A stretch of 63,062 nucleotides of DNA, counting the filler, from Reclinomonas americana ATCC 50394 (Eukaryota), in assembly GCA_048213135.1 (NCBI GenBank). It is 17 parts of 17 records of this genome, joined end to end, with 100 filler letters (N's around TTAATTAATTAA, not from the genome) between each part and the next. Parts side by side here need not be neighbours in the genome. Positions count along the whole stretch, not along the records: positions 12,210 to 13,278 come from AFZH01017458.1; positions 13,379 to 15,492 come from AFZH01017459.1; positions 15,593 to 16,875 come from AFZH01017461.1; positions 16,976 to 21,832 come from AFZH01017462.1; positions 21,933 to 23,420 come from AFZH01017463.1; positions 23,521 to 27,353 come from AFZH01017466.1; 11 more parts are not named here. One strand, written 5' to 3'. The notes beneath the pieces are model-generated. The model did no database searches, was not told where the DNA came from, and worked only from the letters and a program-made list of their open reading frames with translations. Below are positions 12,521 to 25,345 of this stretch, piece by piece (position 1 is the stretch's first letter; every line of letters begins with the position of its first letter). The position numbers were made by a program, and so were the translations under genes.

Positions 12521-15327
12521 TCAGCGGCCGGTGGGAGTGTACAAAATGTGCAAACTTACCCACTGCATAGGACGATGAGCACGCGAATTCGCAGACTTTG
12601 AACACTGTCTATCGATCGCAACTCTTTCGTGGTACGCGCAAATCTGGTCAGCGGCGGCAGGCTTTCCGCACCTCTTACACAACTAGATGAAGCAATATTA
12701 AAAACAGGCATGCGCGCTTTTGCCAGAATCACACGAACCGGAATCCGACGGCGCACGGCGTCCGCCTCTTCCTTTCGCCGCTGCTCTTCAGCCCGAGCAG
12801 CCGCAGCAGCCGCAGCAGCTTCTTCCTGACGAAGCACGGCGTCTGCTTCCTCCTGACGCCGATCTTCTTCAGTCTGAGCTGCGGCGACAGTAGCCGCAGC
12901 AGCTTCCTCCCGACGGCGCACGGCGTCTGCCTCCTCCTGACGCCGATCTTCTTCAGCCCGAGCAGCCGCAGCAGCAACCGCAGCAGCTTCCTCCCGACGG
13001 CGCACGGCGTCTGCCTCCTCCTTTCGCTGCCGTTCTTCAGTCTGAGCTGCGGCGACAGTAGCCGCAGCAGCTTTCTCATGACGGCGCACGGCGTCCGCCA
13101 CCTTCTTTCGCCGCTGTTCTTCAGTCCGAGCAGCGGCAGCAGCAGCCGCAGCAGCTGCCTCCCGACGGCGTATGGCGTCTGCCTCCTCCTTTCGCCGCTG
13201 CTCTTCAGCCCGAGCAGCCGCAGCAGCAGTTGCAGCAGCTTCCTCCCGACGGCGCATGGCGTCTGCCTCCTCCTTTCGNNNNNNNNNNNNNNNNNNNNNN
13301 NNNNNNNNNNNNNNNNNNNNNNTTAATTAATTAANNNNNNNNNNNNNNNNNNNNNNNNNNNNNNNNNNNNNNNNNNNNAGCAGCAGCTTCCTCCCGACAG
13401 CGCATGGCGTCTTCCTCCTCCTTTCGCCGCTGTTCTTCAGCAGCCGCAGCAGCTTCCTCCCGACGGCGCACGGCGTCTGCCTCCTTTTGTCGACGTTGCT
13501 GTTGCACCTTTTCTTCTCGCCGCTGCTGCTTCCGCTGTTCTCGAGCATCAACCTCCTCTTGCTGGCTCAACTTCCGCTCCCGGGCGCCCTCCCCGTCGGG
13601 CACACGCACACGCCCACTCGCACGTGCAGCACCAAGACCACGATTGTATCCCTCGTCTTGATCAGCAATCGCTTGCGCCCAGAGCTGCCGGATTCGTCTC
13701 ACGTTGGCGAGTAAATCCGCGCTCGATGGACGGTCCGCTGGTTTTGGTGCCTACGACTGCAGACTCAGCATAACAAATCGAACAAGACGAAAAATGAGAA
13801 ACATGCAACAGACCCAGCAGTTCGCAATAGTGTCACGAAGCTCAGCGGGAACATTCGCCACTGGAGGACGTTCCCCACAATCAATGCATCGAGCCATCTA
13901 ATACTTCGTCAAAAAATGAGACTCGAAAAGAGACGATTTGCACGCTCACCTGCATCGGCGTGAGTCCTCGAAACGGCAGCTCATTTGCAAATATCACCCA
14001 CATGATCATCGCCACAGAGTATATGTCACACGATAAGTCATATGGCTGCAAACAAATGACAACTCAGACCGTGGCGTGTGCGCTCACGAGTAGACTTGTA
14101 TGAACCACACCTGAGAATTGATCACTTCGGGTGCCATAAACCTACAAAGTACAAGTCAGAAAGACAAGACACTTACATCGCGCCGACGTCGACAGCAGAC
14201 GTAAACCTCGGAGTCCCAACAACACCGGTAAATTGCGAGGCAGTTGACGATGTCTTAGCGAGACCGAAATCGGCGAGACGAGGGTTGCGGTGTGCATCAA
14301 GAAGCACATTCTCCGGTTTAATATCACGGTGAGCGATACGATGGCGATGCAGATTCACCAGGCCTCGAATGACACCAATGCACAAATCGAGGCGCTGCCG
14401 TGGAAAATACAAGGTGACTAAACATTTTCTGACAAGAAAGCAAGCAGGAAGGGCGACGACAGAGCTCACCTGCACATCGCTGAGGACTTCGCCATTGACA
14501 AAGAGCAAATCTGACAGAGATCCGCCGACGATGTAGTCCATCAAGTAGCCAGGTCCGTCCGGTGCGTCGGGAACAATTGCGTAGACGCCAATGACGTTGG
14601 GGTGGCTGCATTTGATTGTAAGTGTGCAAGAGAATGCGTGCGCGCGAGGAGGTGTGCAGAAGTTGATGATGACACTGCCGACGACTGACAAAAAACAAAG
14701 GAGAACTTGACAAAACGAAACGAAGGCAGACGGATTGCACAGTGCAATGTTGACAACCACAAAGGAAGAAAAAAGCGACTTTAAAGGCTGAGCGAGAGAG
14801 TGAGTTAGAGAGAGGCAGACAAAGAATAGCAAACAGGTGAACGAATCAAATACGAGGGAGGAGAACGATGACAATGCTGAAAGACAAGGGAGGATTAAAG
14901 AGCAACTCTCACTCACCGAACACGCAGGGCAACTGATGCTTCTTCTCGGACCGCCGCCGCCACCTGTTGTCGCTCCGCAACACTCGCGCAACGAAAAACC
15001 TTGAGCGCAAATGCATCTGATTGCTGCCACTCCACGCGATGGACCACAGCACTTGCTCCACGACCCACTTCGTTGATCATCGTCAGCTCGGCAAATGGCA
15101 CCTCGGGGAGAACTACGCTCTGCTGTGCATGCGGCTGCAGCAGTTCCTGTTCGCCACCAGTACCAGCACCAACGGGAAGAACCTCCAAGACGCCACGAAG
15201 GTTAATGTCCTCCTCGTACGGATGGTGAGAGGGCGCGGAGGCACCGGGAGGAAATGCGCGCGGGCGATATGCACCGCGGCACACGGGGCAGCTTTGCGAG
15301 CGATACAGCTGAACACACGCAAGGCAA
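12521..15327 (-). CDS. TKL-like protein kinase with a C-terminal E/R/A-rich repeat tail and a possible Cys/His motif; 5' end lost in the GA repeat/gap
   Basis: Exons encode [89 protein letters not shown]. Tail has repeats of [27 protein letters not shown]. Confidence 0.9.
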
Positions 15328-15340
15328 CTGGGAGAGAGAG

Positions 15341-15486
<146 letters not shown>

Positions 15487-15592
15487 ACGGAGNNNNNNNN
15501 NNNNNNNNNNNNNNNNNNNNNNNNNNNNNNNNNNNNTTAATTAATTAANNNNNNNNNNNNNNNNNNNNNNNNNNNNNNNNNNNNNNNNNNNN

Positions 15593-18500
15593 GTGAGAGA
15601 TATGGAGGGTTGGAGGTGGGCTTCGTAACAAGAGTAACGAATCATACACAGTCCACGAGAAAGACAAGAGAGAATCCAGAATACCACGCAACTTGCTCTG
15701 GTCCACCTCCTGATGCAAAATGGACATCAGCACGAAATCCACATCGAAAAACGACAGCTCCGGACCGCCATCGACTCCCGCCGCCAGATGCATCTCTCGG
15801 CACTCCTCCACGTCCTCGGCGCTTCCAATCACGAACACGTGCGACGGCGAGCCCTAAATTCCTGCGATTGAGAACCAGAGCCACAATCACCATCGACTCG
15901 ACACGCACCGGCACCGTAGCTGTTTTCACGCTGCTCAACTCCACCACCTGCAGCGACACTCCATGAGGCACAAAACTTGTCGAGGGTGCATCTCATCCCC
16001 TCACCGTGCCGCCCGACGCCTCCACAATCCTGCGCAATTCATCCGGCTTGCGCACATTGGCGGCAAACGCAAACACAACGCCATCAAACAGTGGCGTCAC
16101 CCGACTCCGCGCAGTCTTCAACCTGCACCACAGCGAGTGAGACTTGGATCGCGAATGGAGGGAAGAGAAACAGACAAACGTTTTCGATAATTTGAAGCCG
16201 AGCTCCGCCTCGGCACTGAGGTCCTCGAGGCGGTAATCCTTCTCGTCTAGCAACGGAGAAGGGCGTGCATGAGCTGGCGAGACAGACGCAGGAGAAAGCA
16301 AGACTCTCACCGAGCGGCTTCTTCGCCTTGGCGCTGTCCTCGATCCACGCCTGCGTCACAATGTGCGGACCCACGGGGATGGCCGTCATCATCTTTAGCG
16401 TGCGCTGGAAGTTTTGCGCCACAACGTGGGTGCACTCGGAGGGCTCCTCGGTCACCAGTGCGCCGAAGCGCTTGCATTTCTGAGGGGGCAAAGAGACGGA
16501 AAAGGTGAAAGGGAGGGAAGGGGGCGGATGTGAGAGCAATCAATGAGAAGAAAAAGGTGAAGAGAAGGAAGGAGAAGGAGGAGAAAATCGGTGTAGCAGG
16601 AAGCAAAGTATGGGAGGATGAAGAATGGAGAGAATAGCACTCTAAAAAACAGGGAGAGGCACATCACGTAACCTCCGGTTGCGGCACCAGACCAGTGTAG
16701 AGGACACGGATGGGCAGGTCGCTGCATGGGAATCAGTGAGATTGAAGAGGCAACAAACGTTGCACTTATTTGGCTTTCTTACAAGCGCAAACATGCCCAG
16801 AGAAACCTGTTCTTCTCCCACTCCCACTCCTATTCCCACTCCCGCCTTTCGCCATCCATATCTCACTATCACCCANNNNNNNNNNNNNNNNNNNNNNNNN
16901 NNNNNNNNNNNNNNNNNNNTTAATTAATTAANNNNNNNNNNNNNNNNNNNNNNNNNNNNNNNNNNNNNNNNNNNNTCTTCTCTTCTTCTCTCTCTCCTCT
17001 CTCTCTCTCTCTGTCGTTCTCTCCCTCTTCCCTCTTCCGTCTCCCTCTCCTCTCCTCTCCCTCTCCCTCTCCCTCTTCCTCTCTCCCTCTTCCCTCTTCC
17101 CCTCTCTCTCCTCACCCTCTCCCTCTCCCCTATCTCGCTGTCTCCTTCGCCCACTCCATCTCTCCCTCTCCCCCTCCCTCTTCTTTCCCCTTCCCCCTTC
17201 CCCCTTCTTCCCCCTTCTTCCCCCTTCCCCCTTCTACCAACCTCCTCCCACCCTCCACCCCACCCCCGACAAACTCCTCCCCAACGTCGCCGACTTGGTC
17301 CTCCTCGCCGGCACCGCCGCCGCCGCCGCCGCCGCCGCCGTCTCCATCACCTCAGCAGCAGCACGCGACCTCGGCCGCTTCCGCGGAGGCGATTCACTCG
17401 TGTCTACAAAAGCAACCGTCAGCTTCTACCCCCAAAAGCAGGCAGCGCCGAAGAAGCCCACCTTTTGCCGCAGCGGCCGCCGCCTCCTTTTCCCCCACTT
17501 CGCCACTAACAGCGGGCGACGGGCCACGCGCTCGCTTGGTGCCTCCACGACGTGTACTGGCACTCGGCTCGCCGTTTCCGGAGTCCATGGCTGCGGTGCG
17601 CGGTGAGGGGGAAGGAGAGAGAATGAGAGACACAAAGAGACAAGAGAGAGAGACGAGACGAGAGAGAGAGATAGAGAGACGAGAGACGAGACGAGAGTCG
17701 AACAGACGCGAGACAAAGAGACGAGAGACGAGAGACGAGACGAGAGACGAGAGGCGAGAGGCGAGAAACGAGAGACGAGAAACGAGAGACGAGAGGCGAG
17801 AGGCGAGAAACGAGAGACAAGAGACGAGAGGAGAGACGAGAGACGAGAGACGAGAGACGAGAGACGAGAGACGAGACGAGAGACGAGAGACGAGAGACGA
17901 GACGAGAGACGAGAGACGAGACGAGACGAGACGAGAGACGAGACGAGAGACGAGACGACACGAGAGACGAGACGAGAGACGAGACGAGACGAGAGACGAG
18001 ACGAGAGACGAGACGAGAGACGAGACGAGAGACGAGAGACGAGACGAGAGCCGAGACGAGAGACGAGAGACGAGAGACGAGACGAGAGACGAGAGACGAG
18101 ACGAGAGACGAGAGACGAGACGAGAGGCAAGACGAGACGAGACGAGAGACAAGACGAGAGACGAGACTAGACGAAAGACGAGACGAGACAAGACGAGAGA
18201 CGAGACGAGACAAGACGAGAGACGAGACGAGAGACGAGACGAGAGACGAGACGAGAGACGAGACGAGAGACGAGACGAGAGACGAGATGAGAGACGAGGA
18301 GTCGCACCTTGTGATGCCGCAGCTCGCTTCGGCGCCCGAGTGCCTGTGATCCACAAGTAAGCAACAGAAAGAGACACATTTACGGACGCCCCGCAATGCA
18401 CACCTCGCTTCTTTGGCGACGGCACGGCAGGTGCCGCCGAGGCCAACGACGACTGCTGCTCGTCGTCCACCTCCATGGCACTCACCGTCGACGACGAGAG

Positions 18501-18827
18501 GGTGGAGGCGGACAGAGTGGAGGCGGCCGAAAGCAACGAACCGCTGGGCGGAAGGTGCAGACTGCCGGCACTGCCCGTGGCCGGCGTGGCGGGCGGTTGT
18601 ATCGGGAAATTGTCATTGTCGGTGAACAGCAGCGGCGCGACACCCGTCGACATGCGCGCCTCCTTGCGCTTGCGGTACTCGCTCAGTTTGTCAAGCGAGT
18701 GGCGAGCCGGTGCGGCCTGTTCCTGTGGTGAGGGAGAAGCGGGGGATGCGGGGGGAAAGAGTGAGGGAGAGATAAGGGAGAGAGAGAGGGTGAGGGAGGA
18801 AGGAGGTGAGAATGTGAAGGGACGAGA

Positions 18828-18876
<49 letters not shown>

Positions 18877-21800
18877 TACAAAATTACCTTCTTTCGCAGG
18901 TGCGAGGGCTGGCTGGGGTGGCTGCAGAGGCTTGCCGACGAGACTGCGGTCGATTGCGCGTATCAGTAAAGTAACAGAGAAGAAGCAAAGGAACAGAGTC
19001 AGTCGCAAGCGACGCACAAATGGAGTCTGAAGATTGCAACCAGAATGAAATGAGAGGGACGCCAGAGAGAAACAAACGAGGAAAGACCACACGAAACTTA
19101 AGAAGCAAACAGAGAGAGAGGAGAGAAACACATGGATAAATAGAGGCACAGAAAGAGAGCCGTAATCTATTCCCTTGTCTGTTCCCTTCTCCATACAGAG
19201 GCACAGAACATGGAACAGAAAGAGAGCCGTAATCTATTCCCTTATCTCCTCCCTTCTCCATACAGAGACACAGAACATGGAACAGAAAGACAACCATAAT
19301 CTATTCTCTTATCTCCTCCCTTCTCCATCACGCAACGCCGACAGCGGCCCCCGAATCGACTGCGTCAAATAAGCCGTCTGCTCCTCCATACTCTGCTGCG
19401 ATAAGGTATGCGCCTGCGACGGCGGCATGGCCAGACCAATCTTCTCAGCCGCAGATCCGCGAACAACAATCTGCGCGCGCGTGAATCAACGTGCCCCTCC
19501 CTCGTGTACGATGCATGCGACTCACCTCCCTCGGCTTTTCACCTGCGCGCTCACTGCTCACACGCGCAGCCTTGCGCTGCCTGTACTCGTTCAGAGCTGC
19601 GGACCACATGAAGGAGATTGAAGTCAAACCAACGTGAGACAACCAGCAGCACGGAACAAAAAAGACATCAAGCGACGCACATTTGGTGGGCTTGCTGACG
19701 GGCGCAACCGTTTCCTCCTCAGCACTCATTGGCAGAGTCGGCTCGATGGCAGCCATATCGATGGTGGGCGGCATGACCTGCATCGAGATGAGTACGAGCG
19801 CCCCTTACAAATTCAGCACGATTATCACAGACCGCTGGTGAGATGGCCGGTGGTGACGGAACCGACATCATATCCACTGTCGGAGCCTGTCGTAAGGGAG
19901 GGAAAATTCAGTGCAAGAGAAGACGAAAGATTGCAGGAGACGGAGAATGAAGGGAGAAGGGTGACAACCAAGGGTTGAGAACGAAAGAGCGAGCAGGTTG
20001 AAGAGGAGAGGGAGTTAAAAAAATTGCACTCTCTCACCCGTCCCTCTCTCTCCCTTCCCTTTCTCACCCGTCCCTCTCTCCTATCTCACCCTTCCCTCTC
20101 TTTCTCCTCCCTCCCACCCTTCCCCTTTTTACCCACGCAACCATCGCCACCTGCCCCCTCCTCTGCCTCTCCAACTCCTCCGCAATCTCACTCTCCGACG
20201 CCGTCTCGTCCTCATCATCATCGCCATCCTTCTTCCCACCCGTCTCCTCCTGATCCTCCTCATCCAACAACGAAATGGGCGACTTGCGCGTCGCGGCCAC
20301 GCGCTTCTTTGCTGCAAATAGCGGAAATGGTGAGTTGGGAGAAAGAGCCAGCAGTATCAAGCGAGCAACGCAACGGCTTATCTGGTTGCTGGGGGACGGC
20401 AGAGTGGGAGCGGGAGCAGGAGGCTTGACTGCCGAGCCCAGTGACTTTTGCGGGCTCGGTCGCTCCAGCTCCGACACGTAGGTGCGGTCGGGATCTGATT
20501 GGAAACGGGGGTGAGAGGTATAGGGCGAGCAGTGCGAGTGCAGAGAAAACACACCGTCCTCGTCTTCATCCTCTTCCTCGCCGTCCTGGTCACGAGATCC
20601 CCTGCAGTAGAAGGCGAGAGTGAGAACAACGAGAAATTTGAGTCCAGAATGGGCGACTCTTGCTCCTATTCCACCTCTATAACACGTCAACGTATTCCTA
20701 CTACAACGAACGCATCAGAGCCCTTCCACTATCTTTTTTCCTTCATATCCAGTGACAATGCACTCTCTCGCCAGCAGCGGGGCACAAATTATGAACGCTC
20801 CTATCACATTGCATCTCAGCTGAATTCCTACCTCTAATTGTGCCTCTCGCTCTCAGCGCTTGTCACGGTTCATTCCCCACGTCTTCTCTCAATCAGGCGA
20901 CTATGCGTTCTCTCACTCTTTTCTCCCAGTTTGTCTGCTAGCAGCGCCGCATACTGTGACTGTGCCCACCTCCCATACTCTCTGTTTCCATCGTATCTCA
21001 TGCTCTTGTTCTTCCAGACACGCCCACTCTTTTTCACCTGAGAAACCCCCCTCTCATTCCAATATTCCCGTTTCGTCAACCAGCAACACCGTTATTCCAT
21101 GCAACAGCTCTGCTGACCTCACGTCGTATCCTTCTCCTTGGAATCTCTCAGTCACTTCGTCAAGCACTCTCTTGCTGCTCTCAATCTCAAACAGACGAAT
21201 TGCGCTCCCTCTCAAGCTCAGCCGACAGCGGCACAATTGGTCACTACTCCCATCATAATTAGTTACTTATGGTATACTATGGTTTCTGAAAGTGAAGAAC
21301 GAGCAGTCGACATAAGTATTTGTCTCCTACTCGTTCTTCTTTCATTTTGCTTATTTGAGCTCTCGTTCCCTCTCTTACATATTGCATCCATCTGTCTATC
21401 TTGTATCCGCCAAGCATTTCTCTGCTGTGCCCACTCTCATCACATCCCTGTCACTACATCCCTCTCTTTTGTCGATCAGCTCCGATAGTGGGTGTTCCTT
21501 TCACACAGAGCCTTCACTAACCTCGCATCCTCGCTCTCTCATTCCCACTCTCTGTCTACTGTATCAGCCAACGCTTATCCTGTTTCTCCACTCACCCCCT
21601 TCCACATCCATATCGTCAATCTCTTATCTCACCGCACCTCTCTCGCCCATCGCCATATCTCCATTTGTATCTTTTTTCTCACCACCCTTCCCCTCACCCC
21701 CTTTCCCCTCACCACCCTTCCCTTCCCCTCACCACCCTCCCCTCACCACCCTTTCCCCTCCCTCACCCTTCCCCTCGCTCCCCCTTCCCCTCCCTCCCCC

Positions 21801-23050
21801 TTGCCCTCCCTCCCCCTTCCCCTCCCTCCCCCNNNNNNNNNNNNNNNNNNNNNNNNNNNNNNNNNNNNNNNNNNNNTTAATTAATTAANNNNNNNNNNNN
21901 NNNNNNNNNNNNNNNNNNNNNNNNNNNNNNNNCGGCGGCACTCGGATTGAACGGCACCGTGGCATCGTCGTCGACGGGCGGCTTCTGCACTCTCGAGTGA
22001 GAACGGTAAAAGATATCGGCATGAAGACGACGCAACGTAGTGAGCGCCCTCGATGCGAAACACCACACTGCCGAGCTTCAGCGTCCGCGATCCGTCGGCA
22101 GTCACCTCCGTGGCCACATCCTGCTTGACGCGCTTCGGCTCCTTGTCGGGCTTCTTGGTCCAGCCGAGAGACACTTGCCCGCCGCAGCTCCACACGGTCA
22201 GGTCTTCCTCGCCGGCCTCCGCCTCTGGAGGAGGGGAGGGAAGAGGGAGATGAGGGAAGAGGATGGAGCGAAGGGAAGAGGGAGCGTTAAGGAGACAACA
22301 GATACATGGGAGAGTGAGACATAACAGAGGAATGAGAGAGAGAAGAGAGAGAGAGAAGGGACAGCGAGGGGGACACACACATGAGGAGATGATGGCGGAG
22401 AGGTATTATAATGGAAACCACAGAGTGCACCAGAAGAAGTTGGGCGCAGGGCACAAGAACCAAGGGCGAGATGCAGAATGGAGAAGAAGGAGGAAACGTT
22501 AGCTGCACAGATTAAAGTGAAGTAGCACGAACAAGCAGCAGTGCGAGTCAGAAGAGGAGCAAAGAGAGGGAGAATTGCACAATTCATGGCATCGAAGGCA
22601 TCAGAGACACCAACGCCACCGCCCCACACGACGAGAAGGAAGACAGTGAGGGAGTATGATGAAAATTGAGTGATTCTGCAAGCAGAGGCATGCGAACTTC
22701 AAGCGAGATATGAAAGAACGAGGAGAAGCTGATGACAAGAGTACAGAGCTGGCGGAAGAGGAGAGCAACAAGAAGGAGAAACAGCCCTACATGACAGAGC
22801 AAGAGAAACAACAACACACCGCACAATCGATTTCTACGCACCGAGCACAGCATGCTTCTTCGAGACCGTAGAGTGCGGCACCGTAATCACACGCTGCGCC
22901 TTGGTCTCCTTCACGTACGCAGCCAGTGCATCGCGCTCCTCAGCCGCCGTCGACTCGCTCGCCGAGAGACGACTGATCAGCGAGCGGCCGGCAAGCACCA
23001 CAATGCACTCGCCGTCGCCGCTAAGGGGCACGAGGACGGCCACTCGGGGA
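15593..23050 (-). CDS. FHA ... tandem BRCT protein (MDC1-like DNA-damage scaffold); boundaries approximate; spans two gaps
   Basis: N-terminal FHA-like exons (LAGR...HSTVSKKHAVL; TLKLGSVVFRIE), a long low-complexity middle, and C-terminal IRVLYTGL / CTHVVAQNFQRTLKMMTAIPVGPHIVTQAWIEDS / LFDGVVFAFAANVRKPDELRRIVEASGG resembling the MDC1/PTIP BRCT pair. Confidence 0.65.
17630..18300. repeat. Intronic (GAGAC/GAGACGA)n satellite
   Basis: Tandem array; source of the spurious SRLV/RDET ORFs. Confidence 0.9.
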
Positions 23051-23265
23051 GGGCCGCCACTGGAGGAAGACTGGGAAATGGGGAAGGGTGAGAAGGGAAG
23101 GGATGGGAGAAAGGGGAAGGAGAGTGAGAGAGAGGTGCTGACAAGTACAGACTTGCAAACTTGAAGAACATCTTGTGACATGCAAACTCGGTGAAGGGAA
23201 GGAAGACACCCGGCGCAGGCAACAAGCACTGAATGCAAATGGCTATGCAAAGACAAAGTGCGAGA

Positions 23266-23321
<56 letters not shown>

Positions 23322-23639
23322 AGAGAGACGACGAGACGAGACGACGAGAGAGAGAGAGAGACGAAGAGAGACGACGTAACGTAACGTAAACGTAAGAACG
23401 AACGTAGTAAGGTAGGAAGGNNNNNNNNNNNNNNNNNNNNNNNNNNNNNNNNNNNNNNNNNNNNTTAATTAATTAANNNNNNNNNNNNNNNNNNNNNNNN
23501 NNNNNNNNNNNNNNNNNNNNGACCCTCCCCCACTCCTTCCCCTTCCTGCCTCCTCTCCCTCGTCCTTCCTCCTCTCTCTCTCTCTCTCCCTTCCCCCTTC
23601 CCCACTCCCTTCCCCCACCCACCCTTCCACCCTTCCCAG

Positions 23640-24687
23640 TCCCGCATCGCCGAGCTAACCCACAAAGCACGCGAACTGTTCACCTCGCTCTCGGAACCCT
23701 TTGCCGAACTCGAGGCCGTGGTGCCCGAGCACGAGTACTACCGGTGCGCTCCCCCACACCCACCTGCTTCACCGCGGCTCCCCATCAACTCACCCCCCCT
23801 CCTCTCTCGTCGCACAGCTACAACGACATTTGGCGCAACACATGGCAGCAGCTCGTGTTCCTCGCCGCCTTCACACAGTGGCTGGAGGACGGCACGTTGC
23901 TGAATGTGCGCGGCGTGGAGGAGATGTTGCACTGTTGCGTGGCGATCGTGCACAGGGGCGATGATTTTCGCACTCACTTCGTTGCCACAGTGAGTGCACT
24001 GCGCTCGATGCGCATCGACATGGAGGACTACCTGGTCGGCCTGACGTTCCTCTCCAATGAGCTGTCGAGGTTGTGCCGCAATAGGTGAGCGATTGTGGAC
24101 AAGAGTATAGCGGAGGAGTCTCATCTCCATCTTCTTTTGCTCCGATCCTCTCTCTCTTTCTCTCTCGCTCATCTCTATCTTCTCTGTCACCAGCATACGC
24201 CCGTCTCTTGCTCACCGATCCTTCTCTCTCTTTCTCTCTCGCTCATCTCTCTTCTCTTCTATCAGCTCGCCATCAGCAGGCTGCCGTCTCTTGCTCACCG
24301 CTCTTTCTCTCACTTTCTCTCATCTCTCTCCTCTCTCTTCTGTCAGCTCGTCATTAGCAGACTCCGTCTCTTGCGCACTGCTCCGTCGCTTTCTTTCTCT
24401 CTCTTTCGCTCTTCTCTTCGTCAGCTCGTCCCCAGCAGACTCCCGTCTTGTTCACTGCTCCTTCTCTCTCTGTCTCTCATCTTTGTCCTCTCGTCACTAG
24501 CAGACTCCCGTCTCTTGTTCACCGCTCCGTCGCTTTCTTTCTCTCGTCTTTCTCTTTCTCTTTCTCTCTCATGTCTTCTGTCTCCTCGCCTCTGCCCGTG
24601 TCACCTCACCTTAACACACCTGTCACGTTTCCCTTCTTTCCCTTCCTCATCTGCTATCATTCACATCTTTCTCTCCCTGCTCTCACT

Positions 24688-24718
<31 letters not shown>

Positions 24719-25314
24719 CTCTCTCTCTCTCTTGTCTCTTCTGTCACCTGGCCTCTGCCCTTGACGATTCCCTTCGCCTCACCTTCACTCGCCTGCTACA
24801 CTTCCCCTCTTTCCCTTCCTTCTCATTGTTCCCTCCATCTCCTTCGCTCTCTTTTCGTCTCTCTCTCTCTATCATCTCTCTTCTCCTCTGTCTCCTCACC
24901 TCTGCCCTTGACTACCACCTTCTCCTCACTTTCACACATCTGTCGCCCTCCCCTCTCTCTCTTCCCTTCTGTCGCCCTTCCCTTTCTCCCTTCCCTTCTG
25001 TCATCCTTTCCCTTTTTCCCTTCCCCTTTTCTCATCCCCCTTCCCTTTCCTCATCCCCCTTCCCCTCATCCTTCCCCTTTTCCTTCCCCCTTTTCCTCAG
25101 CGTCATCCAAGGCCGCTACACCCTCCCCCGCCGCATCCAACAATTCCTCGGCGACATTTTCGGCGGCTTCCGCCTCATGTCCCTCAAAAACGACATTGTG
25201 CGCCGCCGCTTCGACTCCATCAAGTACGACCTCAAGCAAGTCGAAGAGGTCGTATACGACCTGAGCATCCGCGGCCTCACCCAAGACGTCGACGCCGACG
25301 CCGTCGAAAAGTAA
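23640..25314 (+). CDS. TSN: Translin (5' exons missing in the gap)
   Basis: VPEHEYYR|YNDIWRNTWQQLVFLAAF, DMEDYLVGLTFLSNELSRLCRN|SVIQG, GFRLMSLKNDIVRRRFDSIKYDLKQVEEVVYDLSIRGL. Confidence 0.95.
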
Positions 25315-25345
25315 AAAACACGGACAACTCTTTTGCTGGAGAGAG

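Noticed and set aside
17394..18881. Long ORFs rich in SRLV/RDET, LLAV, CHCH or VAVA (also at 7520, 10385, 24095, 29220, 30002, 60916)
   Set aside because: Translations of intronic micro/minisatellites that lack stops; only the embedded exon portions are real.
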